Shown: one piece after another, positions 52,858 through 64,000 of the stretch
Layout: each line of letters opens with the position of its first letter
Numbering within the stretch: position 1 is the first letter of the stretch
Assembly (NCBI RefSeq): GCF_964204645.1
Contig: NC_134030.1
Coordinates: 5,808,778-5,872,777 of the forward strand
Length of the DNA stretch: 64,000 bases
DNA from: Tubulanus polymorphus
Taxonomy: Eukaryota; Animalia; Nemertea
Reading direction: 5' to 3'
Translations under genes and position numbers: made by a program
The notes under the pieces: model-generated
What the model saw: only the letters and a program-made list of their open reading frames with translations
What the model was told of the DNA's origin: nothing
The model's database searches: none

Positions 52858-54822
52858 TCGATACAGCGAAGCGAACTTAATCCCGTTCACTTCTGGATTA
52901 TACTCGCGCGGATTAAGCTGGTTTGGCTGTATTATTTTCCCTTCACAGTGTTCTCCACACCAGGTTTTAGAGGGGCGCCTAGATCCCTTACAGCCTCCCC
53001 TTATAAAATATCCGATGCTCGTACCAGAAGATCGCACCAAAATCAAGCTTAAGTTTCTGTATTTTTTTGGGGGGGACCGAATAAAGTCTTGCTACTTCAG
53101 CAGTTACGATGTCATACCCTTTAAAATTCCAGCGTATGGGGAACACTGCTTCGGATTATTTCTAATCGTTGTAGTTCTGGAACCGGTTCCATTATTGTCG
53201 ATTTCGAATTTTACTCAAATTTCAATAAGTCTTCAATTGAATACTGACTTTTAACTCCTTTTTGGAGAGACAACGATGGAATTTGGTCCGGTCTTTCTTT
53301 CTCTGATGAGTTACAATTGATTTTATTTTTACATTCCCTGTATCACTTTTATGTTCAATACTTATAATTTCTCATACAATCGATCCCTATGAAATCTTGA
53401 TGTCTAATGATTGCTTGCGAATGACCTTGATTTGGTATTCCATTACTTTCTGGTGTAGATGAATCATTTAAGTGTTAATGCCGTATGCTACACCTTACTC
53501 GGTGGTAGAAAACAATCTCGTGAACCAGAGTTCAATAGCAGTTTTTTGAGTTGACGACTTGGCACCGAGCGTAGATCAGTATACTGTATAAACTAGATTG
53601 TTGCACTATGGCCTAGTGCGTGTTGTACTTAACATATTTTAGAAATTGCTTTTTACCTAATATTGGTTTTTTGTACACATGTATGGAGTACTTTATTTTG
53701 AACTTATTAAGTTATTTGATTAAATGGAAGATAAATTATTTGCAGAGTATTCAAAATATTCTGGAACACCGCAGAGTAAAACTAATCATTTCTTAGCATT
53801 TGATTGACAACTCCAAGAGACATTTTATACGCTATTCCATCACTAATTGGTCATCCATTTTTGTCATATATAAAGTAATTGTACACAGTAAATCAACGAA
53901 ATGTACACCGCATCAATGATCATATTTTTGGTCAAGCTCACAACCTTTTTCCGTCCTATCAACAAACATATGTATAAACATTTTTCTATTTTGTTACTAA
54001 ACACTATTTTCTCGGTAATGAATTCTTTTTGATGAAGTTCGAATCTATACCAAAAAATGTGATGAATATGTGCTAAACTTAAAATGTGCTGAGAAGATGT
54101 AGAAGTGTAGGTCGATACAGTTGAACCTCCTTATGATGAACCTCAGTGGACTAAAAGCTACGTTTGTTAGGTTGAAAAAAGAAAAGATACTAGCTTCTGG
54201 TCACATGATGAGGTTCCGCTTCTATTCTCTATGAATTATTGAAACAAAATTTTAATTTATACACCAATGATTATGATGTGGTTGGGGGTTATTGATTATT
54301 GTAACACTTATGATTATTCTCAATAATTTTTCAAGATTTTAATTATGTACTGGTATCAACAGATAACATGTGCTTGTAGTTTTGTTAATATGGTGGAACT
54401 TGCTTAACTCGGATCATTCAGGCCAATGAAAGTTCATCAACTGTGATCTTTAGGTTATCCATACATCAATTAATTGACGAATTGATACCCGAAAGTGCTA
54501 GAGATGATTTCAAAATCTTAAAGAATTCCATCTCAGTGTGTTGAATAACAGGCATACCTGCTATAGTTACTTGTTAATATTTCACTATGTTTGACAGGCG
54601 CTTCCATCTTTCAATAGAAACGAATTTCTTCTTCAATACACCGCGATGCAGTGTACTAGCAAAGTCCATCGCCGATGTATACACTGCACTGCGGTGTAGA
54701 CGCACTGAAAGGGTTAAACTGATCCGAATTAAGCAGGTTTGACAATATCCATAGACGTAGCCAACTCACTCGCTTTTTAACTTACAATTCATCACGCTTT
54801 TGTATTGTATATCTGTTTCTAG

Positions 54823-55250
54823 GCACTCTGATGTTATTTCACCACGTGATGAGCATTATTGGGCTGTCGACCATACTATCGATCGGTACAAGCGCCGCCG
54901 AAGTGACCATCTGCATTCTAGCATCAGAAATAACTAATCCGTTCCTTCAAATTCGCTGGTTTTTACGCGAATGCGGACTGAAAGCTTCACTCGGCGCAAA
55001 AATCAACGACGTCGTTTTCGTGCTGTTGTTCGGCCAGTTTCGAATCGCGTTCGGCTCGTATTTCATGTATTACTATCTGAAAGACCCTCGTCCGATTCAA
55101 TTCGTGCGTTTCGGGCTCGGTATGCTCTACGTCGTTAGCTGGCTGTTCTGGATTCAAATCGTGAATTTTTCGTATCGAAAAATTACTCGCGGTTACAACG
55201 ACGACTATTCGTCTAGATCTCGCGACGATGTGAACTCTAAAACCCTTTGA
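54823..55250 (+). CDS. TLCD5: TLCD5 terminal exon copy B (predicted isoform 245 aa)
   Basis: Acceptor ATATCTGTTTCTAG|GC, phase 1. Encodes GTLMLFHH...SEITNPFLQIRWFLRECG and is open to its own stop. Confidence 0.82.
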
Positions 55251-56055
55251 TCTCGGTGAATGGGGTACCGGCGATGCTACTGATTCCCAACAGAATCCGC
55301 TGGATTTTTTCTTGAACTCGAATCAAAATCTAATGATATTTTCTCAAATTCTATGTACATGTATTATGTACAGAATCATGCCTCTGTGATCTCTAAAAGA
55401 ACTCATGAGATCTAAGGTAATCTGCATAGATGCGTGATTTGACGGATTTTTTTTTTGAAAGAATGGAAATTGGGATCAACGTTTGTCGTTAGTTTAAAAT
55501 GAACCGATCTTGATTGAGTACCTCTGATATCTTTGAGGTACCATGCGACTAGATAACTAGCGTGCCAGTGTACCCCGTTTTCTGTAAACCCCGGTGTCTA
55601 CCTGTACTAATGCAATGCAATCGCGTGCTAATTTATTTTGAGGTGCTGACCAATGTAATTTCACTAATCGAACGGAATATCAAATAGATGACTGCCTCAT
55701 AAATCTCCATATCATCCAACAACTCCTGGATGTCATGAAGAGATTTGTGATGGAAGGTCTATATTTTTATTTTCTGATCAGGATTTAAGTCATCAGTTAT
55801 GGTTTCGTTCTTTTAGTATGCGTGGTAGGAAGCAAGGGCATATTTTTCAGTAGTAATCCATTTATCCCTGTCGTCAGTCTTCACGGATTCCTTAATGAAT
55901 TTATTTGCTTTATTAACAAACTCTCTTTTAAAGTTTAGATTTTTACTTGCACTAGTGAAATAACCAGGCAGCAATGGTTTCACCACAAATTTTGGTGTAT
56001 TCGGTCAAAGTTGAACATTAAGTGATGCACTGTTTTTGTTTTATGTTTGTTTTAG

Positions 56056-56585
56056 GTGCGTTGATGTTGGTTCATCACGTCATGAGCATCGTCGGTCTGT
56101 CTGTGATCCTCGGTCGCGGTTATTCCGGTACGGAGCTGACCGCTTCGATTTTCGGCTCGGAATTTACGAATCCGTTGTTACAGACGCGCTGGTTTCTACG
56201 GCAGTCCGGCCGCCGGGACTCGTTAACGGCGCGCGTCGTCGATGTCGCGTTCATGACGTTGTTCGGCTTCCTGCGCATCGGAATCGGATCAAATTTGCTA
56301 TACTGCTATTTAACACACCCGCGTCCGGACTGGATCGGTCGCTCGGGCGGTATCAGTTTATACGTTGTTAGTTGGAAGTTTTGGTTGCACATCTTACGTT
56401 ACGCGTTTCGGAAACATTTCACCAAAAACATGAAACTACCCCCGACGAGGGTGGCGGCGGCTGACACGTGCTCCTATTCGGAGAACGGATGTGCCAATAA
56501 TTCTTTGCATCAAAAACCTTTCGAATCACCTGTCCATGACACTCGAAAGCGTAACATCGCATCTGGAGATGCTGATCGAAATTAA
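56056..56585 (+). CDS. TLCD5: TLCD5 terminal exon copy C, most canonical-looking (predicted isoform 279 aa)
   Basis: Acceptor TTTGTTTTAG|GT, phase 1. Encodes GALMLVHH...GYSGTE...FGSEFTNPLLQTRWFLRQSG. Confidence 0.87.
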
Positions 56586-58233
56586 ATCCAAAAGTGCACA
56601 GTACAAGTGTATATATATTATACATATATTATATTTCTATTTTTGGTACCTCTGTATATGGATATACTCTGTAACTCAAAGATACAGTTTATGTTCAGAC
56701 CAAAAAATCAAAATGTATGACCGATATCTGCTTCATGGTTGTGCAATATTAACTTAATCGTTTTATTTACTGCGTTTAGAATCCGCCTCGTTGCCCGCCG
56801 AGATTATATATATGCCTTTGCTTCTGTGGCCATACTGCTAGTGATGAAAGGGCTTCAGTCGCCGCCTAGGCCTCATCCTACTATACAAGTGCTTTCAATC
56901 GGGTTGTATGTGTCGTTTATTGCAAGCACAATTTATTGTAATGCACAGTCAAACCCACTTAATCTGGATCAGTTAAATCTGGATTTTGATCCATTCCGGA
57001 CATTATTTATGGTCCACCTGTAGATGGGATTCCTCATAAGCCACACTCTGACTTAACCTGTTCCAAATGTTGACCCATTTAGAATGGTCTAACTTGTGAA
57101 TGCGCCTATAGACTGGATTGATTTCATCGGTTCCAACAGATTAAAAGGGTTTGTACATCGATTCATAAAAACCTGGCCCCTCAGTCTTGATTTTCTTTCA
57201 ATTGCACAAGTCCTAGTAACACATTTTGTATAAAATCATGAGTTTATACGAAGATGTTACCCCAAATGATTTTATTTTGGTCGCTTTTCAGCTTTTTTAT
57301 CCTTTTCTAACATTATAACATTTTGCACGACAGTACATGCACTCTCTGCACTAACCAGATCTCATTGAGTTTTCCTGACTTGTGTTATAACCCAATTGCA
57401 TTGGGCATTCCTTCATTGGTAAATATAAGGTCAGATGATAGTTTTCAAGGTAACGTAGTCAAATATTACTTGGGCAAAGTGGAGTTTACTATTTCTGTTT
57501 ACACCTCTACTGTACTGTTTGCTTCATCTGCTTTTTAAACAGTTTTCGACGTATTTTAGTTTATACTCTATTATTGAATTTAATTTGTGTAAGGTTTTTT
57601 TTGAGTTGTTTATGAGATGTTGATTGTTAACTGTATTCCTATGCATCGAGGGAGTGAATGACACATTCGAAAACTGAACGACGATGAATGCTCTGAATCG
57701 GCCAACAGAGCTGTAAAATTCCTCCCTAAATTAGCAACCAGTAACCTGATGTGCGGGTACTTTTCTCCCAACGGAGTCACAGTATTTGTCTTAAATCTGC
57801 TGTGTAAATAAGATAGATTCATCTAAGCTTTGTTATAGATCTCAACTGAAGATTAAATTATTATCAATTATCTGCACTGTATGTAGAGGATGGTTTTCAC
57901 GCTTTTAAATAGTTGACAGATTTGAGTTGCAAACTCTGGCAAACCAACAACTGTAAAATTGGTCTTGTTGATTGAGCTTTATTATACATTTTATAATTAG
58001 GAATATGTGGAACCACAAATTTCCAAATGTTTGTCAACTTTTCTATACAAATATATAGTAGAAACTTGTGTCCTTTTGTAAAGAAAAATCTAATCAAGGT
58101 GAAAAGTAATGATAAGATTTGTTATTTGAATCAAAAGAATTTGTTGTTGTTTTGTTGAATTTCACTATCGAGGAAATTGACTAAACAAACATGCTACAAA
58201 GTATTCCCTACGATGACCATTAATGAGGATATA

Positions 58234-58546
58234 CAGTGAACCCTGATATACCGCCCCCAGGTTTTCTCAATGTACATCTCTATACAAATACATACATAGT
58301 AAAACACCCCCCGATATACCGCCAAAATCGTTCTGCGCCGATGTGGGCAGTCTTTCGGGGCTGACTAGGTGTTAGTCAGTAACCTGACTGTGGTTTAGTT
58401 TCACGATCGGATATTTTCACAAACCACATAAGTTGGTATAAGCCCATCCGATTATAAAAAGCTTACCACCAACGATTAGGTAACTAACTAGGTGTAAGGT
58501 CAAACAGCCTCATGGAAAGATTTCATTTTCATTGTGAGATTTACTG
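58234..58546. mobile_element. Possible Tc1/mariner-type MITE remnant containing the 58373-58488 repeat
   Basis: TA-CAGTGAACC at the left end and GATTTACTG-TA at the right end; TIRs short and imperfect. Confidence 0.35.
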
Positions 58547-59034
58547 TATTCACATAAGAGTTTTCATCAAATGGTTAAAACATGCTACTCCGTAGTGTCG
58601 CTGGTCCCCTGAACTACGGTTTTGTTTGGCGTTTCTTGGATTGCAAGTGTACAGCCACGACATCCATCTTCTTTATGAATCTGACATGTAATTCTACTGA
58701 AAGCTGGGAAAATGTGGTAGAACACTGTGCATCACGAGATAGCAACTCAAAATAGTGAATCACGCGATAAAAGCGAATATGTTAAAATTCTGACGACAAC
58801 AAAAACTGACAGCTATGTACATTTTAATAACCATTTATTTTTCCGATCTATAAAACGATAATTTTTCATAACACTAGACACCTTGTAGTAGGTATTTATC
58901 AATTGGTCCATGATGCGCGTTATTCCAGAACTATGTAATATAACTGTATATATATAAGATGGCTGCTCCCCGGTGGTCGTATTGGTGATCTGTATACGAT
59001 ACAGATTAATGTTCACACGGTTCAGTTTTGAAGA

Positions 59035-62000
59035 TTAGACAATTCCCAATTTCTCGTTCAACGCGAGTTGAGTTTTCGTTAAATTCGATAAATACACGAC
59101 CATTAGTAAATCCTGTAAATAAAAAGAATTAAGAGAAATAAATAGATCATACTACAATATTTTACAGTCCTCTTCAATTCAGGGCCGTTTACAGATCAGG
59201 AATTACAGATCTATATTTCCCTGCTGAGAAAATCTGGGAATTCTAAACTTTTCTTGAAAATCAGAGAAGTCGAGAAAATTGAATTTCTGGAGCTAAGTTG
59301 TTCCTGCTATGGTGAATTGGAATGGCACAAGGAACTTCTTGATAATAAACAATCAACACTGAGGATGTCGTATCATATCTAATCCGGGATTTTGGTCAAC
59401 TCAATAGTCAGGGAAATACTAGGGATCGTTGCATTCCCTGATCTTTAAAAACCCGTTCAATTATCGTCTCCACATACAAACCTTCAAATTAGCGTTTAAC
59501 ATTTCCTCCATTTCTTCCGGTTTCAGTTGTGGTATACTCGTTACCATATCCATCATAGTTCGACCGACTGTGTTATCAGCGGGGATTTTACCAGACTGAA
59601 ATACAAGTGATACAACCACGTTAATTAATCGGATTTGACAAACTACGGTTTCAATCTTCACAACCTTCACGCTGGATGTAAAGACTATTGAGGACTTTTT
59701 GCTGCTCTGTCTGTATGCAGTCCAATGCAAACAATTTCAAAAAGGGTAATCATTCAACACATGGGCACCTACGAAAGTTTTTTTTGAAGACCTATCAATT
59801 AGCAAGTCAGCATTGTAAACGTACCAGCACATCATCAATATACGCCAATGCGGCGTCTAACATTGCCTGTAGTCTATTACACGAAGCGGCCACCTGCTGC
59901 AGATCTGAATAAAGCGTAACCATCCTTTTCGGATTGTGTTTTCCTTGTTGAATCCAATCAACTGAAAACGAAGAATACTCAAATGAAAGCCAAAAAATAA
60001 CCGACTATCACCAGTCGACCTACAATTTGTTTCCAATTCGTCGTGATAACAACCTATCCCACCTGCCCCAGAACTCATGTATCTAGGTAGACTAAATATC
60101 TGGATCAAATCAAAACGCGGATTAAGCAGGGTCTACTGTGTAACATACGACACAGTTATGTAATACATACCACCGACACGCTCTGGTTCATAGCACACAA
60201 CTTTGAAAGGTATCGGGGTGAACATCGTACCACACGTTTTACCAGGAACGCCCATATTCGAACTGCAAAGATCGAAATGTTTTTTTTTCAAAAATTGTAA
60301 TGATTGATGTGTAAAAAATGTCCATAGTAAACGATACTGTTACTTAGTGTCACTCAATATATATATATATCAATCTCGCAAGTGGCACCGGTCGAACATT
60401 TTATCAGATTATACAAAATCAGTCACTCAGTCTATACTGTTGTTTCTACGTAGATAGACTTATCTCATTCACCTGATAAAGCTACTATTCATCAGTAGTG
60501 AAAGCATGCGCGTCTAATACACAAGCTTGTAGCGAATCTATAAAAAATCTAGCGAATTTCAGAGAGAATCTATCCTGCTGATATTTGACAACGTACCTCA
60601 CGAATGATTTGATGTTCATGTGGCCACCTTTCAACGCCGTATCGATCGTCATATGAATCGGCGTTTTACATTCTCTTGAATAGTACTCGTGTATGAGTAC
60701 AGAATGCTCGGTCACTTCAGTACCAGTCGAGTACCTGTAAAATAAATACCGTTCATCGTTCAAAGACAAGTCTTCAATTCGTACATTAAACTCACCCAGC
60801 AAATTCAAAGAGAGAAAGGAAGAGGAAAGAGAGAAAGACACGGTTCCCACAGTTATACGAATTCAGAAATTTTTCATGGGTGATTTTTCAATTTTCCCAA
60901 ATAGAAATGAACACATATCGTCATGCTACAGTCAACATTTTAGTGGTGACTGGCTGATTAAGGTGATTTTCAAGGGAAGTCGCTGAAGAAATTTGCCCTT
61001 GGCAGATGCAATATGTAAAATGTAATGAATTTCCCAAATATTTCACTCATTTGAAGAAAATTTTTTGAAATTCCCAAATATTTCCAAACCGGGAATTAAT
61101 ATTTCAAAATTCCCAAGTTTTTCCAAATTTCCCTGTAATGTGGGAACCATGAAGAGAGTGAAAGAATATGCTGGAAATTTATTCTTAAGTCTCTTACCAG
61201 CCAACTATGACCTCTAATGGATTTACTCGTCGATGTAATTCAAACATATTTCGAGCAAATTCAATATCAACAGCAACCTGAAAATAAAATCAGTTTTTTT
61301 TCAAGTTCTAAATGTTTAGCTCAGGAGAGTAGGAGGGAAAGGGGTATAATCAGTTTTCATCAAGTTCTAAAAGTTCAGCTCAAGGCCTAGTTTCACAAAA
61401 AGGATTAAGGCCTAAATCGACTTAAGATAAACTGGTCCCAGTTTCACAAAAAGGTTAAACTCTTTAATCGATTTAATTTCTTCATTAATTCAGTTTTTCT
61501 AAATCGTTTTATGCCTTTTTGTGAAACTAATGTCTATTTATTAATTGATGAGACCTGTTTTTCTGGGATATTTTGCTTACTTTTTGGGGTACATACCTCA
61601 TTTATGTCTTAACAGAATGCCAAAAATCGCGGACAACAACTGAATACCCGATATATTTCCAGTTCTGTACCAATTAGATGGATTGGCAAAAAGACTCCTT
61701 AAGTCCAGTTGAATGAGAGAGAAAATCCTCCATTTTGTCAAATTTCTTGGATTTGAACATTGTTACCATGCCTACGCCACCCTGATTTAGTTGTTGAGAC
61801 CCCACAAGAAAAATAACTTCATTTCGTAGGCATGGTGACAATGTAAAAATTCAAGAAATTTCACAAAATGGAGGATTTTCTCTCTCATTCAACTGGACTT
61901 AAGGAGTCTTTTTGCCAATCCATCTAATTGGTACAGAACTGGAAATATATCGGATATTCAGTTGTTGTCCGCGATTTTTGGCATTCTGTTAAGACATAAA

Positions 62001-62650
62001 TGAGGTATGTACCCCAAAAATTAAGCAAAATATCCAAGAAAAACAGGTCTCATCCATTAATAAATAGACATTAGGCCCAGGAAAGTATGTCAGGAAATGG
62101 GTTTTTACCTCATCGTCAGATTCATTATGCGGAACAGTAAAACAGTTTGTAACTTCCACGGATCCTTTATCATAGGTACCTGCAACAAATTAATTCAGCC
62201 ATAGTTAGTTAATCCCAGCCAAAAGTCTATCCTGATTCCTATACACTTACAGCTTTTTTGAAAAGACGTTGTCGTTGGGCGCCATTATTACTCAATTAAG
62301 GATTAAGTAGGAAATACCTAGCTGTTAGTGTTAGGTCACTAAATGATTGGCTTAATATGACCCCTGCCCAAACCACAGTGACACTAAATGTGTACAGATT
62401 GAGTCATGACATACCATGGCATACGTCAAAATAAAATTGTATTTTAATTGCATTGAAAACCCGTCGTGCCCATCTGGAAGTGAATTAAATGGTATCGCGC
62501 GCGACCGATCATAAACTTGAGTTACTAGAACGATTAAATACCTAACAAAGTTCCTATTACGCGTCGGGCATCTTCGTTCCGTCGCTCGAATGAGTCTACA
62601 ATACTGAATAAAACCACGGGATGAACCCGGCACACCAGGGAGGACGCCAT
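59035..62650 (-). CDS. EIF3F: Eukaryotic translation initiation factor 3 subunit F, 272 aa. Exons 62650-62542, 62179-62109, 61277-61198, 60734-60597, 60262-60171, 59961-59825, 59595-59482, 59112-59035
   Basis: Spliced product [37 protein letters not shown]...[21 protein letters not shown]...IVGWYSTG...HSVLIHEYY...[22 protein letters not shown] (MPN domain plus C-terminal helices). CDS 819 nt, all introns GT-AG. AATAAA on the minus strand at 58839-58834. Confidence 0.96.
60839..61151. mobile_element. MITE-like insertion (hAT-like ends) in an eIF3f intron
   Basis: CACGGTTCCCACA...TGTGGGAACCATG inverted termini and internal TTCCCAAA repeats; no clean target-site duplication found. Confidence 0.55.
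61384..62077. mobile_element. Host MITE with TIR GGCCTAGTTTCACAAAAAGG, right TIR interrupted by a foldback element
   Basis: The right TIR reads CCTTTTTGTGAAACTA (61514-61529), then the insertion, then GGCC (62074-62077). Confidence 0.75.
61530..62071. mobile_element. 542-bp foldback/palindromic DNA element with a TA target-site duplication
   Basis: Arms 61530-61776 and 61825-62071 are near-perfect reverse complements around a 48-nt loop; TA at 61528-61529 and 62072-62073. Confidence 0.92.
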
Positions 62651-63215
62651 GTTTGTTCCAGAGAATCGAGCGAGACGTAATCTCCGGGGAATTCAATTTC
62701 TAGAGCCCAGTTCGTTTGTTTCACAGAAAACCCCCAAAAATATAGATTTAGAGGGAAATATGAAAAGAAAATTTTGAGGCGTTATGATGTGACCCCAACT
62801 CCGGACTAAAACGCGAAATTGTAGAGAGTACGGGCTCCCGCCGAATATCTCCGATGATTGCCGAATGTGCTTGGATTGATAATCTCCACTTGGCTATGGT
62901 TCTAAGCACAAGGTTAACTCATTCGGTACATTGGGAGACTAAAACACGAAAGTCTCGGAGAGTATGACTTTCCCGAACGTCTCCGACGATTGCCGAACAT
63001 TTGAGTGGACGCGAACCTAATTCGGTGTGAATCACAAAGGGACCGCCGTCTCTCAACCTATTGCCGATAGACTATCGCCTTGATGTTGCGGATTACAGTG
63101 CGAGAACATCGTACAAATCATCAGGAAGCGATTACGCAACGACTGCATGGCGTTAACTAATTAATTTCCGCGAATCGGCGGAAAATAATTGATCGGATTT
63201 TATGCATTATTCAAA
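62651..63215. promoter_or_regulatory. Putative bidirectional promoter between eIF3f and a divergent gene
   Basis: CpG-rich 565-bp spacer between divergent ATGs, both in an AANATGGCGTC context. Confidence 0.6.
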
Positions 63216-63258
63216 ATGGCGTCGTCGAATCCGGCTACGTCCTCAAATGAAAAGACAG
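63216..63258 (+). CDS. First coding exon of an unidentified gene (MASSNPATSSNEKT), continuing beyond the window
   Basis: CAAAATGGCG start context, donor CAG|GTAAT at 63259, followed by AT-rich CpG-poor intron-like sequence. Confidence 0.55.
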
Positions 63259-64000
63259 GTAATATAAATATAAAGGAATTTTTACATATTCATATAAATA
63301 CCTTTGCATAATGTATGTTATAATGTTATAGACTATGTACTATGTCGTGATTTGTTTTGATAAGTGTTAATCTCTGCTGAATCAAGTTTTGCGAGGAAAG
63401 ATTAACAATTTTAGTAGATTGGAAATTGAAGCATGCATATTGCAAATGCAATGGCCAATAATGCACCATCTCTTCCCGCCCATGACAAGGCGACACTAGA
63501 CAGTGGCTGGTGTTAACTATTAGTTTACTCAAGCATGATTTAATTGTAAAAAAGAGCAATTGTTGTGCCGTGGCCCAATTGTGTTGTCTTGTAACTACCT
63601 GGTTGCCCTGAAAGTCATTTTCACTCTGCGGGCTGGCTAGAAATAAAAATGCATTCAGCTGCCTTTATTATGCTGCGCTACTGTCTACTGGACCTGTGGT
63701 TCTACGCTTCCCTATTCTGAAGTGTGAATTATCCTCGATGCATTGAACCTTTATTTCTCTTGTCATATACATTGCTATATTTTAATATTGGTAACTGTTT
63801 TGTTGGGGGTTTATTAAAAAAGTGAAAGTATGTAATTTCGTGCTAGCAATAGCTCTTACCTGTACTCTTTTGATTTTGGATTTCTTCTTTCTTTTTTCTT
63901 AAGTTCTTTCACTATTTAAACTACCACTCGCCCCTTCCACTTTTTTCATTGTTCCAAGTTCAATTGCAGTGAATTCCAATATAGTATCCTAACAACTATT

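Noticed and set aside
54638-54718. Small hairpin and piggyBac-like end (GAAAGGG-TTAA) upstream of TLCD5 exon B as the cause of the exon duplication
   Set aside because: Only one terminus is visible and there is no matching copy at the other exons, so no causal link can be supported.
59113-62541. Intronic snoRNAs in eIF3f
   Set aside because: No convincing C/D or H/ACA layout seen by eye; an Infernal search would be needed.
62352-62696. 114-aa minus-strand ORF
   Set aside because: An out-of-frame overlap with the true eIF3f exon 1.

Overview
Eukaryotic, intron-containing, AT-rich (by eye) genomic DNA from a bilaterian invertebrate; gene content suggests a lophotrochozoan (inference, species not identified). 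No prokaryotic features. Genes reconstructed by hand from GT-AG sites and reading-frame continuity: (1) an intronless sex-peptide/MIP-receptor-like GPCR (+, 20028-21206) after ~20 kb of non-coding DNA; (2) an MS4A/CD20-like four-TM protein (+); (3) a secreted PAN+kringle gene (-) with a 1-nt frameshift in the kringle; (4) a ~1265-aa type I membrane protein (-) with 2 atypical LDLa modules and 23 six-Cys EB/EGF-like repeats; (5) a GT31 beta-1,3-glycosyltransferase (+); (6) a TLCD5/TMEM136 gene (+) with two shared 5' exons followed by THREE intact, tandem, paralogous terminal exons; (7) a complete 8-exon eIF3f (-), head-to-head with the first exon of an unidentified gene. Repeats include a tRNA-derived SINE, a Harbinger-type MITE, a 542-bp foldback nested in another MITE, inverted Penelope-like hammerhead remnants and a (TA)n tract. 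The strongest candidate for an undescribed system is the TLCD5 triple alternative-last-exon cassette, which would swap the HH/ExxNP-containing C-terminal ~60% of the protein.
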